A model generated the notes under the pieces. The model saw only the letters and a program-made list of their open reading frames with translations. It searched no databases and was not told the DNA's origin. A stretch of DNA of 32,967 bases from Candidatus Cloacimonadota bacterium (GTDB lineage: Bacteria; Cloacimonadota; Cloacimonadia; JGIOTU-2): contig JACNFI010000041.1 in NCBI GenBank assembly GCA_014384665.1, positions 1 through 32,967 of the forward strand, written 5' to 3'. Shown piece by piece: positions 22,527-32,151 of the stretch; position 1 is the stretch's first letter; each line of letters begins with the position of its first letter. The position numbers and the translations under genes are program-made.

Positions 22527-23345
22527 TTACCTGATAAAAATAAAATAAAAATATAGAAAAGGAGCACTAATCATAAGACTATCAAATCTATCAAGAATGC
22601 CGCCATGTCCGGGAAGAAGCTTAGAAGTATTTTTTACCTGAAAGTCTCTTTTTAGATTGGATTCAATCAAATCCCCTAATTGTCCGATAATACCGACTAT
22701 AATTCCGTAGGCAACTATATCTTTCCAATCTGTAAGCAGGTAAAATTTCCAGATAGCATTTATGATTATATTGAGTAAGTAAGCAAATACAAAAGCAGAT
22801 AATATTCCAGTAAGAAAGCCCTCAAGGGATTTCTTTTCACTTGCTTTAAAAATGTTACGATGCTTGCCAAATTTTGCTCCCACAAAATAAGCTGCTGTAT
22901 CTGTTATCCAAACTAAAATCATAAGTAAAATCAAAAGTAGATTTCCATTTTCTAATTTTCTGATGAGAAACATAAATTCTAATAATAGTGGGATGTATAA
23001 TAAAGCAAAAATTGTATATGCAACCCTTTCAGATGATTGACTTGTATAATCCCTAACTACATCAAAGATTAGTGTTAGAGTGAAGATTAAAATATAAATA
23101 AATATTATATTATTCAAACCAATAAAAAAAACATACCAGTTGATTAATAATGCTGTAATTATTAGAAAAGTAAAATTTAATTGAATTTTTTTCTTTTGTT
23201 TGACAAGTTTATAGAATTCTATTATACTTAAAACAGATATTATACTAATAAGAATTTGAAGGTAAATTCCTCCAAGCCAGGCGCCTATTAATAGAAATGG
23301 ACCAAAACAAAAAGCACATAATGTTCTTACTGCAAGGGGTTTCAT
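22527..23345 (-). CDS. cdsA: Phosphatidate cytidylyltransferase
   Basis: Polytopic protein with the C-terminal signature KRDFQVKNTSKLLPGHGGILDRFDS. Confidence 0.88.
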   Translation of the reverse strand: MKPLAVRTLCAFCFGPFLLIGAWLGGIYLQILISIISVLSIIEFYKLVKQKKKIQLNFTFLIITALLINWYVFFIGLNNIIFIYILIFTLTLIFDVVRDYTSQSSERVAYTIFALLYIPLLLEFMFLIRKLENGNLLLILLMILVWITDTAAYFVGAKFGKHRNIFKASEKKSLEGFLTGILSAFVFAYLLNIIINAIWKFYLLTDWKDIVAYGIIVGIIGQLGDLIESNLKRDFQVKNTSKLLPGHGGILDRFDSLMISAPFLYFYFIFIR

Positions 23346-23371
23346 ATTTTGTTATAAATAAGCTTTGTGTG

Positions 23372-24094
23372 TTATTTGACACCGCCAAATTTGCGAGTTC
23401 TTTTTTGAAAATCTAATATTGCTTGCATATATTCTTCTGGAGTAAAATCTGGCCAGAGGGTATCTGTAAACCACAATTCAGAATAAGCCGTCTGCCATAT
23501 CAGAAAATTGCTAAGCCGAATCACTCCACTGGTGCGTATAACTAAATCCGGGTCTGGAAATTTACTTGTGTAAAGATAATTAGAGAATTCATCAATTGTA
23601 AGTTTGTTGATTTGCTTCTGTAACATCTTTTCAACTGCTTCCAAAATCTCATTTCTGCCACCGTAGTTAATTGCTAATATTAAGTTTAAGCCGGTATTGT
23701 TTTTTGTTCTTTGATAGGAATCATTGATTTTCTTGATAAATCTTTTACTCAAATCCTTTTGTGAGCCAATAAAATGTACTATTACATTATTTTTTGCCAG
23801 ATTATTGATTTCTCTAATCAGAGTATTTTCTATAAGAGTAAGAACAGCTTTGGCTTCCTTTTCGGGTCGTCGCCAATTTTCTGTTGAGAATGCATATAGT
23901 GTAAGATACTTAATGCCCAGATGGCCTGAAGTATCAACTACACCTCTAACAGCTTCCACTCCTGCCTGATGTCCTTTTATACGAGATAAGCCTCTAAGCT
24001 TTGCCCATCTGCCATTACCATCCATAATAATAGCAATATGGCTGGGTATAAGACCTTTCTTTACTTTTCTGATTAATTCCTCTTTAGTTTTCAT
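23372..24094 (-). CDS. uppS: Isoprenyl transferase / undecaprenyl-diphosphate synthase
   Basis: HIAIIMDGNGRWA, FSTENWRRP and RTSGVIRLSNFLIWQ motifs. Confidence 0.92.
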   Translation of the reverse strand: MKTKEELIRKVKKGLIPSHIAIIMDGNGRWAKLRGLSRIKGHQAGVEAVRGVVDTSGHLGIKYLTLYAFSTENWRRPEKEAKAVLTLIENTLIREINNLAKNNVIVHFIGSQKDLSKRFIKKINDSYQRTKNNTGLNLILAINYGGRNEILEAVEKMLQKQINKLTIDEFSNYLYTSKFPDPDLVIRTSGVIRLSNFLIWQTAYSELWFTDTLWPDFTPEEYMQAILDFQKRTRKFGGVK

Positions 24095-24230
24095 AGAGAC
24101 TTATTGTATTTTTTATATCTGCTCCAGCCAACGAATTCAACAATTTTCATGTTCCTTTGTATCTCGTTTTGTCAGGACAGAAATGTTTCATATTGTAATA
24201 ATCAGAATAAGTTTATATCATTTGTATTTA

Positions 24231-25688
24231 TTAAATCTCGGAGATACTACCTATTTTTTTTCGTAATCTACTAACAGATATTCCCAATTGGTTACGATAT
24301 TTTGTAACAACCCTCAAAGAAATATCTATTTCTTTTTTGGCTAATAAATCTTTAATTTTTTTATCGCTCAGCGGTTTTGATTTATTTTCATTATCAATTA
24401 TTTTGCTAATTTCCTTTTTAATTATTTGTGATGAAGTATCACCCACTTTTTTAGTAAAGAACCACCTCAATGGATAAACGCCAAATGGTGTATCAATGTA
24501 TTTATCTTTTACTACACGGCTTATAGTGGATATATCTCTATTAACATGTCTTGCCACATCATCATAAGTCATTGGAGATAATGATTTTTTTCCTTCATTA
24601 AAGAATGAAGGTTGACTACGAATAATTTCATTGGTGATTTTATGTAAAGTTTCTCTTCTAATCCAAACAGCCTTAACATAGTTTTCTGCTGATAGTAGTT
24701 TTGATTTGATATATTTTATTGTACTTACTTTGTTGTGACTTTTAGCAATCAACCGCCTTGCATATTCCTGATTAACTGCTAATTCAGGAATGTTTTTATC
24801 ATTAATAATAATCTCTAATTTTCCATCTATTTCTTTAACTATAATGTCTGGGATGATATAAGATAAAGTTTTAGAAGAGATACTACGACCAGGTTTAGGG
24901 TCCAGATGACTGATAATTTCTTTAATTATGAGAATTTCATCTAAAGACATATTATATTTTTTTGATAATTTATTATATTTTAGGTTTTGCAATAAATCCA
25001 GATCATTTTTTATTATTTCAATCACAATACCATTATTGGTTTCATTATCATCCAGTTGAGCAATAAGGCATTCTGCGAGATTTCTTGCACCAATTCCTCT
25101 TGGATAAATTCCCATAATCATTGAATGAATTTCCTCTGCTCGGGAAATAGTGAGAGAAAAATTCTCAGCAAGGTCTTCCAAATCTGTATGAAGATAACCA
25201 TTCTTATCTATGCTATTTAATAATATATCAGCAAATTCCTGCTCATTCTTGTTTAGATGTAATTCTTTTATTTGTCTATTAAATATATCCCATAAACTTT
25301 CCCGCTCTTTTTCATAATATTCAAATTTGTACGATTCAGGTATTGATTTATTGTTGGGTTCAAATTCAAATTTAGTATTTTGGATTTCATCTAAATCATT
25401 TAATATTTTGTTTATTTCCTGTATTTCTTCAGTCAAATCATAATCTTCATTTTCGTCAGATTGGAGCTCTGGGCTGTTTTCTTCAATTTCTTTAGATAAA
25501 TCAAATTCTTCTGATTCTTCTTTTATATCTTGAAGAAAAGGATTACAGCGAAGTTCTTTTTTTAAGGAGATTTCCAATTCCAAGATTGGCTTCTGCAACA
25601 ATTCTGCTGTGATAATCATTTGTGGAGAAAGCCAAGACTTTTGTATTTGCTTTTGCCTGCTCCCTACTCCAATATTTTGATTAGCCAT
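24231..25688 (-). CDS. rpoN: RNA polymerase sigma-54 factor
   Basis: N-terminal Gln/Leu-rich region I, an acidic region II, a C-terminal HTH, and an RpoN-box-like LRVVTKYRNQLGI. Confidence 0.88.
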   Translation of the reverse strand: MANQNIGVGSRQKQIQKSWLSPQMIITAELLQKPILELEISLKKELRCNPFLQDIKEESEEFDLSKEIEENSPELQSDENEDYDLTEEIQEINKILNDLDEIQNTKFEFEPNNKSIPESYKFEYYEKERESLWDIFNRQIKELHLNKNEQEFADILLNSIDKNGYLHTDLEDLAENFSLTISRAEEIHSMIMGIYPRGIGARNLAECLIAQLDDNETNNGIVIEIIKNDLDLLQNLKYNKLSKKYNMSLDEILIIKEIISHLDPKPGRSISSKTLSYIIPDIIVKEIDGKLEIIINDKNIPELAVNQEYARRLIAKSHNKVSTIKYIKSKLLSAENYVKAVWIRRETLHKITNEIIRSQPSFFNEGKKSLSPMTYDDVARHVNRDISTISRVVKDKYIDTPFGVYPLRWFFTKKVGDTSSQIIKKEISKIIDNENKSKPLSDKKIKDLLAKKEIDISLRVVTKYRNQLGISVSRLRKKIGSISEI

Positions 25689-25892
25689 AGTTTAATAATT
25701 TTTATTATGAAAATTTTTTGTCAATTATTTATTGAATAATGAATTCAATATATAAAGTATGAGAAATTAAATAATGTAAAGTTTGACAAACCGTATAGAA
25801 ATCAAATTTTTAAGATAAATGAGATAATTCCTTGAAAATGCATTTATAAATAATAGTGAGAAGTGTCAGTTCAGTGAAATTTAGGAGAAACA

Positions 25893-26375
25893 GTGGAGAT
25901 AAAATCAGTTAATTTAGAATTTCCAGAAGATTGTAATATTATTTTAGGGCAGTCCCACTTTATCAAAAGTGTAGAAGATATTTATGAAGTTATGGTAAAT
26001 TCTGTCCCGGGTATTAAATTTGGTTTTGCATTTTGTGAAGCATCTCAAGACTGTTTAATTCGCACAGATGGAACTGATGAAGAACTTAAAAAAATTGCAG
26101 TGAAAAATATGGAAAATCTTGACGCAGGACATTCGTTTATCATTATCTTAAAAGATTCTTTCCCAATAAATGTTCTGAACAATCTAAAAGGCTGTTATGA
26201 AGTGGTAAATATCTTTTGTGCAACTGCAAATCCTGTTGAAGTTATTATTGCAAAAACCGAACAAGGTTGTGGAATTCTTGGTGTTATTGATGGCTATTCT
26301 CCAAAAGGTGTTGAAGGTAAAAAAGATATTAAAAAGAGAAAAGAATTCTTGCAGATGATAGGATATAAGAGATAA
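25893..26375 (+). CDS. Adenosine-specific kinase family protein (PF04008-like, former DUF355)
   Basis: IILGQSHFIKSVEDIYE, VPGIKFGFAFCEAS and CATANPVEVIIAKTEQGCGILGVIDG match my recollection of this archaeal/bacterial family. GTG start with an aggag RBS. Confidence 0.7.
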   Translation: MEIKSVNLEFPEDCNIILGQSHFIKSVEDIYEVMVNSVPGIKFGFAFCEASQDCLIRTDGTDEELKKIAVKNMENLDAGHSFIIILKDSFPINVLNNLKGCYEVVNIFCATANPVEVIIAKTEQGCGILGVIDGYSPKGVEGKKDIKKRKEFLQMIGYKR

Positions 26376-26929
26376 TGAGACTGTTTTTTGCTTTTGCTTT
26401 TCCTGAAAGGATTAAACATATTGTTGCACAAAATGTCTCTATTTTACGAAGAGAAATCCCCAAAGGTATAAAGTGGGTTGAAAAGGAAAACCTTCATATT
26501 ACTTTCAGATTTTTGGGTGAAGTTAATCCCAATATCCTGGATGACTTAAGCAGACAAGTTAAAATTATTTCAAGAACATTTTACTCATTTTCTATCTCTT
26601 TGGGAAAATTAGAAATAGTGCCAAACTTACATCGTCCCAGAATTATCTGGTATAATATGATAGAGAACAGTGATACTGCAAATAAAATTTTTTATGAGGT
26701 TGAGAAAATACTTAAAAATTTTGGATTTGAGAAATCTAATCGTCCTTTAAAACTACATGCTACTCTTGGTCGCATAAAATATTCTGTTAATGCAAATTGG
26801 GAAACCATTATAAAGAAAATTAAACCTATTTCAGAAACTATAATGTGTAAAGAACTTACTCTATTCAAAAGTCAATTGACAGCTTCAGGACCGATTTATA
26901 CAGTTGTTCAAAAATTTAATTTCAAGTAA
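26375..26929 (+). CDS. thpR: RNA 2',3'-cyclic phosphodiesterase (2H family, ThpR/LigT)
   Basis: Two HxT/S motifs: HITFRFLG and HATLGR. Confidence 0.85.
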   Translation: MRLFFAFAFPERIKHIVAQNVSILRREIPKGIKWVEKENLHITFRFLGEVNPNILDDLSRQVKIISRTFYSFSISLGKLEIVPNLHRPRIIWYNMIENSDTANKIFYEVEKILKNFGFEKSNRPLKLHATLGRIKYSVNANWETIIKKIKPISETIMCKELTLFKSQLTASGPIYTVVQKFNFK

Positions 26930-27114
26930 ATTTATTTAACAATGAATAACCTTCAATAGAAATTTTACTGCTGAGGGAAAAGTAGCATAAATATTTATTA
27001 TGATTAGTTTTCATTCTTTGTTAAATTAATATGTTCTTTGCATTTATTATAGACTTTCTGGTCTAAAAAGAAATGCAAGTTTAAAAGATTTATATTTTGA
27101 AAAAATTATATAAT

Positions 27115-27145
27115 TTTTTGTGTATTTTTGTGTGATTTCGTGGCT
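27115..27145. repeat. Solo arm of the CCACGAA / CACAAAA repeat family
   Basis: tttttgtgtatttttgtgtgatttcgtggct is the reverse complement of agccacgaaatcacacaaaaatacacaaaaa. Compare 29974-30005. Confidence 0.5.
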
Positions 27146-27164
27146 AAAATATTATGGAGAGAGA

Positions 27165-28115
27165 ATGAAAATACTTATCACAGGCGGAGCAGGCTTTATT
27201 GCATCACATATTGCAGATGCTTATATTGAGCAAGGTCATAAGGTTGTAATTGTTGATAATCTATCAACAGGCAATAGAGATAATATAAATCCGAAAGCAA
27301 AATTTTATCATATTGATATTTGTGACAGCAAATTAGAAAATATTATCAAAACTGAAAAACCGGATATTGTAAATCATCATGCGGCACAAATTAGTGTCCC
27401 AGTTTCTACTAAAGACCCTATTTTTGATGCAGAAGTAAATATATTAGGAACAATTAATATTCTGCAGAATTCTGTAAAATATGATATTAAAAAAGTAATA
27501 TTTTCTTCAACCGGTGGTGCAATTTATGGAGATGCAGATGAGTATCCAACAACAGAAAATTATGTTCCCAAACCAGTCTCACCTTATGCAATTGCAAAGT
27601 TTTCAGTTGAAAAATACCTACATTATTATAATCATGAGTTTGGATTAAATTATCTTGTTCTTAGGTATTCAAATGTTTATGGTCCTCGTCAAATTCCTCA
27701 CGGAGAAGCTGGGGTTGTCTCAATATTTATTGAAAATATATTGCAAAGTAAATCATCCAATCTTTATACTTACCCGGAAAATCCTGATGGAATGATTCGT
27801 GATTATGTATTTGTTGGTGATGTGGTAAAAGCAAATTTAATCGCTCTTGAAAGAGGCGATAATGAGGTTGTCAATATCGGTATTAATACAGAAACCACAA
27901 CTGGCACTCTTTATCATCAGATTGCGGAGTTGATGAATTCAGAAATTAAACCTAAAAGAATGGGAGCACGACCCGGTGATATTCATAAAAGTTGTCTTGA
28001 TATTTCAAAAGCAAACAAAATTCTAGACTGGTATCCAAAAACAACACTAAAAAATGGAATAAAAGAAACTATTGAGTTTTTCCAAAATAAACAAAGTAGA
28101 AAGGAAATTAAATAA
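27165..28115 (+). CDS. NAD-dependent epimerase/dehydratase (extended SDR, GalE-like)
   Basis: GGAGFIASH Rossmann motif and SPYAIAK (YxxxK). The ATG at 27165 with a ggagagag RBS is preferred over the GTG at 27120, which lies in a repeat. Confidence 0.85.
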   Translation: MKILITGGAGFIASHIADAYIEQGHKVVIVDNLSTGNRDNINPKAKFYHIDICDSKLENIIKTEKPDIVNHHAAQISVPVSTKDPIFDAEVNILGTINILQNSVKYDIKKVIFSSTGGAIYGDADEYPTTENYVPKPVSPYAIAKFSVEKYLHYYNHEFGLNYLVLRYSNVYGPRQIPHGEAGVVSIFIENILQSKSSNLYTYPENPDGMIRDYVFVGDVVKANLIALERGDNEVVNIGINTETTTGTLYHQIAELMNSEIKPKRMGARPGDIHKSCLDISKANKILDWYPKTTLKNGIKETIEFFQNKQSRKEIK

Positions 28116-29437
28116 TGAAAGTAGCAGTAATAGGCACAGGATATGTAGGATTAGTCACAGGCACATGTTTAGCAGAAATGGGCAATAAGGTAATTTGTGT
28201 TGATAATAATCAGGAAAAGATTAAGATGCTTAATAAAGGTGAAATACCCATTTTTGAATACGGATTAAAGGAAATGGTTGATAGAAATGTTGAGGGAGCG
28301 AGAATAACTTTTACAACAGATATACAAAAGGCAGTTGAAGAATCATTAGTGATTTTTATCGCAGTTGGAACACCACCAGATGAAGATGGTTCTGCTGATT
28401 TGCAATATATTCTTGCAGTTGCAAAGGATATCGGTAAATACATAAATGGTTATAAAGTTATTGTTGATAAATCTACAGTTCCAATTGGCACTGCTGATTT
28501 GGTGAAGAAAACTATTTTGTCTGAAATGAAAAAATGCAAATTAGATTACAAGTTTGATGTTGTTTCTAATCCTGAATTTTTAAAGGAAGGAATGGCTATT
28601 GAAGATTTTATGAGACCTGATAGAGTTATTATCGGAACTGATAGCGATAAAGCAAAGAGTGTTATGAATGACCTTTACTCTTCATTTACTTTCCAGACTA
28701 ATAGAATTATCTTTATGAGTATCCGCTCGGCTGAAATGACAAAATATGCTGCTAATGCAATACTTGCCACAAAAATTTCATTTATGAATGAGATTGCAAA
28801 TTTATGTGAGAAGGTAGAAGCCAATGTAGAAGATGTAAGAATGGGAATCGGTTCGGATAGTCGGATTGGTTATAAATTTCTTTATCCAGGTGTAGGATAC
28901 GGTGGCTCTTGTTTTCCAAAAGATATAAGAGCGTTAATAAAGATTTCAAAAGAGAACAATTCATCTTCATCTGTTTTAGAATCAGTTGAGAAAGTGAATG
29001 AAAGACAAAAATTTGTTCTTGTTGATAAAATCTGTTCTCATTTTGGAGACGATTTAAAAGAAAAAACATTTGCAATCTGGGGACTTTCATTTAAACCGAT
29101 GACAGATGATATGCGGGAAGCACCTTCAAGCATTATTATTAATGAACTGATTAAGAAAGGTGCAAAAATCCAGGCGTATGACCCACAGGCAATGAATGAA
29201 GCAAGAATAATTTTTGGAGATAATCCAAGTATTAGCTATTCTGAAGATCAATATCAAGCATTGAAGAATGCTGATGCTTTAGTTCTTATTACTGAATGGC
29301 ATCAATTCCGTCATCCTGATTTTGAAAGAATAAAAAATGCTTTGAAGCAAAAGGTAATATTTGATGGTAGAAACCAGTATGATCCTCAAAAAACCAGAGC
29401 AAATGGTTTTACCTATTTTTGTGTTGGAAAGCCATAA
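28115..29437 (+). CDS. ugd: UDP-glucose 6-dehydrogenase
   Basis: GTGYVGLVTG, NPEFLKEG and the catalytic-Cys motif GGSCFPKD. Confidence 0.92.
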   Translation: MKVAVIGTGYVGLVTGTCLAEMGNKVICVDNNQEKIKMLNKGEIPIFEYGLKEMVDRNVEGARITFTTDIQKAVEESLVIFIAVGTPPDEDGSADLQYILAVAKDIGKYINGYKVIVDKSTVPIGTADLVKKTILSEMKKCKLDYKFDVVSNPEFLKEGMAIEDFMRPDRVIIGTDSDKAKSVMNDLYSSFTFQTNRIIFMSIRSAEMTKYAANAILATKISFMNEIANLCEKVEANVEDVRMGIGSDSRIGYKFLYPGVGYGGSCFPKDIRALIKISKENNSSSSVLESVEKVNERQKFVLVDKICSHFGDDLKEKTFAIWGLSFKPMTDDMREAPSSIIINELIKKGAKIQAYDPQAMNEARIIFGDNPSISYSEDQYQALKNADALVLITEWHQFRHPDFERIKNALKQKVIFDGRNQYDPQKTRANGFTYFCVGKP

Positions 29438-29487
29438 TACATAAATTTCAGACCAAATTTTAAAAATGTTATTAATGAAAAAATAAG

Positions 29488-29967
29488 ATGAAAGTTTTTT
29501 TTTATAATAAAGACAATATAAATACTGATTTGATGTTTCCGGGAAAATATACTTATGAATCATCAGACCTTGAATTCATTAAAGAGCATCTTTTTGAAGA
29601 TTTAGATGTAAACTTTCCCAAAGAAGTTCAAAAAGGTGATGTGATTCTTGCTGGTGAAAATTTTGGTTGTGGCTCCTCAAGAGAACAGCCTGCAGTTGGA
29701 TTAAAATATGTTGGTGTAAAAGCTATAATAGCCAAATCCTTTGCTCGTATATTTTATAGAAGTGCAACAAATCAGGGATTACTTCTAATAGAATGCCCGG
29801 AGGCTGTTGATTATTATAAAGAAGGTTTCAGCATAGAAATTGACGAAAGAAATGGTAATTTAAAAATAGGAGACAAAATTTTTCAATTCCCACCATTACC
29901 AAAACAGATGAGAGAAATTATTGAAAGTGGTGGGTTATTAAAGAATATTAAGAAAAAAATAAGCTAA
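29488..29967 (+). CDS. leuD: Aconitase-swivel / 3-isopropylmalate dehydratase small-subunit-like protein
   Basis: GENFGCGSSREQPA motif. No large subunit lies adjacent, so a role in leucine biosynthesis is uncertain. Confidence 0.65.
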   Translation: MKVFFYNKDNINTDLMFPGKYTYESSDLEFIKEHLFEDLDVNFPKEVQKGDVILAGENFGCGSSREQPAVGLKYVGVKAIIAKSFARIFYRSATNQGLLLIECPEAVDYYKEGFSIEIDERNGNLKIGDKIFQFPPLPKQMREIIESGGLLKNIKKKIS

Positions 29968-29973
29968 ATGATT

Positions 29974-30049
29974 AGCCACAAAATCACACAAAAAGACACA
30001 AAAGGATTTTTTATATTTATATAGTTTTTTGTTGGTTTTTGTGAGATTT
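29974..30049. repeat. CACAAAA-type palindromic hairpin after the leuD-like gene
   Basis: agccacaaaatcacacaaaaagacacaaaagg (29974-30005) faces ttttttgttggtttttgtgagattt (30025-30049). aaatcacacaaaaa pairs with tttttgtgagattt. Confidence 0.6.
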
Positions 30050-30060
30050 CTAATAAAAAA

Positions 30061-30504
30061 ATGGAGGAAAGAATGGAAATTAAAAAATTAATCGCTGAAA
30101 TTAAGGAAAATATTGAGAAAACAGCAAATATTAAATCTATCTTTGGTGATACCAAAAAAGTTGATAATGTCTCAATAATTCCTGTTGCCTCTATTCAATT
30201 CCAGGGTGGAGGAGGAGGTGGTTTCGGTGAAATGGAAGGAAAGCCAGAAAAAGAATCTGAAACTCTTGAAGAAGTGGAAACAGATGAGAATAAGAAAAGA
30301 GGAAAAGGCAGAAAAGGAAAAGGTGGTGGAATGGGAATGAAAGTTGATGTCAATCCTGTTGGGTATATTGAAATCAAAGATGATAATGCTAAATTTGTTG
30401 AGATAATTGATAAAACAAAATTAATCATAAAAGGTATGAAAGTATTTATGATAGTCTTTATCCTGCATACAATTAGACATATTTTGAGGAGGAAGAAAAA
30501 ATAA
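30061..30504 (+). CDS. GerW/YtfJ-family protein with a Gly- and Lys-rich insert and a C-terminal TM
   Basis: SIFGDTKKVDNVSIIPVASIQFQGGGGGGFG ... VNPVGYIEIKDDNAKFVEI matches the Spore_YtfJ pattern. The start could be 30073. Confidence 0.6.
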   Translation: MEERMEIKKLIAEIKENIEKTANIKSIFGDTKKVDNVSIIPVASIQFQGGGGGGFGEMEGKPEKESETLEEVETDENKKRGKGRKGKGGGMGMKVDVNPVGYIEIKDDNAKFVEIIDKTKLIIKGMKVFMIVFILHTIRHILRRKKK

Positions 30505-30675
30505 ATTATTAATTTAGTTTATTTGTTATAAAGTTTGATTATCAAATTCAATAGATATAATTGCAATTTGCACAACTACTATATCAAATTTTAAAAGAAA
30601 AATAGTTACCAATTAACTAGATTGCATAGGAATTTCCTTTTTTTCTGACACATAAGTTTATGGTAGATAAATCTT

Positions 30676-30745
30676 AACCCGTAACCCGTAACCCGTAACC
30701 CGTAACCCGTAACCCGTAACTCGTAACCCGTAACTCGTAACTCGT
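30676..30745. repeat. Heptanucleotide tandem repeat (AACCCGT)6 then AACTCGT/AACCCGT variants, 10 units
   Basis: Units counted directly: 30676-30717 holds six perfect AACCCGT, followed by AACTCGT, AACCCGT, AACTCGT, AACTCGT and a degenerate aacttga. Confidence 0.95.
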
Positions 30746-30797
30746 AACTTGATTTTTATCTGTCAAATATTTCATAATTTAAATATTCAATATTAAC

Positions 30798-30853
30798 AAT
30801 CCGACAACCCCGCTTATCCCAACAAGTTGAGAACAAGTCAGTGCTGTCGGATT
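30798..30853. terminator. Inverted repeat in a convergent intergenic region
   Basis: aatccgaca (30798-30806) / tgtcggatt (30845-30853), a 9-bp stem with a large loop. Terminator function is not assured. Confidence 0.3.
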
Positions 30854-30880
30854 GGTCTTATATCTTCAGCTACTTGCTTC

Positions 30881-32023
30881 TTATCTGATTAGTGTCATCT
30901 TTTTGATTTCAGTGTAACTAAGGGTCTTAAGCTGATAAAAATAGATACTTGTTGGAAGATTACCAGCATCCCATAATGCTATTCCATTATTGGCTTCAAT
31001 AGTTTGTAATAACTGTCCAGAAATATTGTAGATTCTGATTTCTACTGGCTCTGTTATCAGTCTACCCTTGATTGCATATTTTATGGTTGTTAAAGTTGAA
31101 AATGGGTTAGGATAATTCACTAATGTATTCTCAGTAAACGCATCTATGTAACCACCGCTACCATCCTCAGGTGTGATACTGATAGAAGAATAAACACTTA
31201 TCTCACCACCAAGTTCAACTGATTCTAACCAGTAATAATAAGTCATATCAAGCTCTACAGGATTATCATCAATAAAGTTATACTCCTGCAGTTCAGAAGT
31301 AGTGCCATGTCCGGGAATTAGAGCAACATTGATTTTTATTGCTGTCTCAAATGCGTCATCTGTATTACGATAAATGTTGAATCCAATTACATCTGTCTCG
31401 CTGGCAGTGAGCCAGCAAATGGAAATATAATCATATTCAGTAACATAAGTGGCTGTGAAAGCTGCAAGTTCAACTGGAAGGGTTGAATTATCAATATCAG
31501 TAGCTATTACAGGATTATATTTAGTAGTATTATCATCATAATATTGCTGATCACTCATTAAAGATTCTTCAAAACTTAAACCAGCTGTTTCCGTTTGATC
31601 TGCAATTTCTATCTTAACATGCACTAATTGAGTGGCAGTATCAGGCAAATCATTGCCCCAGCCTGAAACAGATGTATATTCAAATGTAATAGCCAACCTG
31701 TATGTTTGGTTGTCATTTACAATAAGAATATATAGTGGTGGACCTTGTGTAGTTGTGAGTGTTCCCTTTGTAACTGTCACTTTCCCATTTGTATAAATAC
31801 TTGCTCCAAAGCCAGCAGTATTATAATTTATTAAAGCAATACCTGTACCTATTTTAGTACCTACTTCACTTGCAGCAGCCATTACATCAAACTCATAAAA
31901 AGTCGTATCTTCACTTGTTGTTATTTCTCCATTAGCAAAGGTAAATTCAATACCTACATCAGCAAATAGTAATATGGGTAGTATTAACAAAAGGCATAAC
32001 AAAAATACAAATATTACTCTCAT
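30881..32023 (-). CDS. Secreted protein with an Fn3-like repeat domain and a T9SS C-terminal sorting domain
   Basis: Signal peptide MRVIFVFLLCLLLILPILLFA. C-terminal NYPNPFS...IYNISGQLL...IYFYQL...KKMTLIR is typical of type A T9SS CTDs. Confidence 0.8.
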   Translation of the reverse strand: MRVIFVFLLCLLLILPILLFADVGIEFTFANGEITTSEDTTFYEFDVMAAASEVGTKIGTGIALINYNTAGFGASIYTNGKVTVTKGTLTTTQGPPLYILIVNDNQTYRLAITFEYTSVSGWGNDLPDTATQLVHVKIEIADQTETAGLSFEESLMSDQQYYDDNTTKYNPVIATDIDNSTLPVELAAFTATYVTEYDYISICWLTASETDVIGFNIYRNTDDAFETAIKINVALIPGHGTTSELQEYNFIDDNPVELDMTYYYWLESVELGGEISVYSSISITPEDGSGGYIDAFTENTLVNYPNPFSTLTTIKYAIKGRLITEPVEIRIYNISGQLLQTIEANNGIALWDAGNLPTSIYFYQLKTLSYTEIKKMTLIR

Positions 32024-32151
32024 TTTTTCTCCTTAATGTAATGTATATATATATTTTGATATATGATTCAAAAAAATTATAATATTATTTCTAATTATCT
32101 CCACTACAACATATTGTGGAGAATTCGGAATATCTGTCCCAAAGGATGAAT

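Noticed and set aside
30676-30745. CRISPR array or telomere-like repeat interpretation of the heptamer array
   Set aside because: The units are 7 nt long with no spacers. There are no cas genes, and the sequence does not resemble known telomeric repeats. It is a microsatellite.
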